Shown here piece by piece: positions 62,851 through 64,000 of a DNA stretch of 64,000 nt. The stretch comes from Antedon mediterranea. Taxonomy: Eukaryota > Animalia > Echinodermata. A program made the position numbers and the translations under genes. Position 1 is the stretch's first letter, and every line of letters begins with the position of its first letter. A model generated the notes under the pieces. The model was not told the DNA's origin and searched no databases. It saw only the letters and a list, made by a program, of their open reading frames with translations. The stretch lies in assembly GCF_964355755.1 (NCBI RefSeq), contig NC_092678.1:24631365-24695364 (forward strand), in the 5' to 3' direction.

Positions 62851-64000
62851 TTCTACTAAGCGCTTTATACACAAAAATGATCCATAAAATATCTTAAGAT
62901 TGGTAAAAAAACAAAATAGGAAGAAACATTAGGAACAGGCATACTATATCGGAAGGTAGTCATGGGTGCATTCTATGGGAATAGACACCTCTTCCTCAGC
63001 TTTTTATAAGTACATGCCTGGATCCACTTTAAGTACCCCTTTCTTATCCTGATGTTAGCATACCCCTACAATGACTGCAACATATGATATATATAATATA
63101 ATATTATGACTGAAATCATTGAAAAGGAAGGGAAAGGTCAAGGGTAAGCTCATTTGGGAACGTCAAATTCATGTCCCCTGGCGCAACTAACAACAGGCTG
63201 TATTTTGTATTCAACTGTACCACCATAAATCAACCTGATAGATTTTAAAATTATGCTCTAATAAAGTATATAGCATTGTTTGTATAATAATAATGCATTG
63301 TCCTTGCAATCATTAGGGAATGTTAGTAATATGAGCCAAATGTAACTTGATCTCATAAGCTATATAAAAATTACATTAATGTGTTTATGATTTGTGAATG
63401 TTTATTATGCTAATGAATGAGGTTGTTGAAAGGCAAAACTGTTCCACAGTTCTTTCCATTCTTGTCGCTTATCCTTTCCCCTAAACAATATTAATCATTT
63501 GAACAACTTTCTCAAAACAAGAAATTAAAAACTTTCCCAATAATACAACTTATGTATCTAATTGTTTTACTGAAAAAAATGTGGCGTATTTGATTAGGAA
63601 CTTCAACATTAAGTTTGTTTTTTTAATTTAATTTAGTTATAGAGAAATTAGTTCCAGACATTAAACGAACAAGCTAGTTTTCTTTCCTGTTAAGCAAAAA
63701 GATTTGATTAGATTTTGATGATTTGAATTCATTTTGAAAAACAAATTCATAACATTTCTACTGAAATTAATGACAAATATCATATATTAGTAGCATAGTA
63801 GTATACTGCCTATATAAGAAATATTTGTTTGTGATTAAATGTATGAAATCACAACACAATTATAGAATGTTCATTTAATTGGATCAAGGCTTTATCTAGA
63901 CCTTCACTACAGTTCTTTACATAATAAGCAAATATCATTCAATATAACTTGTTATTAAGCAGATTAAACTAGTCAAACAAATGAACACATTTCAAAGAAT

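Overview
AT-rich eukaryotic (animal) genomic DNA with spliceosomal introns. It is probably an invertebrate deuterostome such as an echinoderm; this is inferred from DeuSINE-like repeats and the gene structure. The right ~36 kb holds the 3' 34 coding exons of an ADAMTS9/ADAMTS20/GON-1-type metalloprotease on the minus strand (62658 down to the TGA at 26703). I assembled these exons by hand: all have GT-AG boundaries with matching phases and give 5015 nt of continuous frame. The frame runs from the prodomain end through furin site RNRR, catalytic domain HELGHVFNLPHD, disintegrin-like, TSR1, Cys-rich, spacer, 14 further TSRs and the GON domain. The 5' exons lie beyond the window. The left ~26 kb has no recognisable protein gene. 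It is a patchwork of satellites and mobile-element relics: a ~330-bp array carrying branch-point/3' splice-site motifs, a ~5-kb 48-bp satellite with ~1.85-kb higher-order repeats, a 20-copy tRNA-derived (Pol III A/B-box) satellite fused to a 21-bp satellite, MITEs, SINEs and palindromic elements. The most notable oddities are: (1) the tRNA-derived satellite with its apparent ancestor next to it; (2) a 47-bp intronic array that re-copies the zinc-binding HELGH codons plus the splice donor; (3) inverted hammerhead-like (Penelope-type) repeats bracketing six in-frame TSR exons; (4) signs of an old ~9-kb duplicated scaffold. Most ORFs in the supplied track outside the ADAMTS exons are repeat artefacts.
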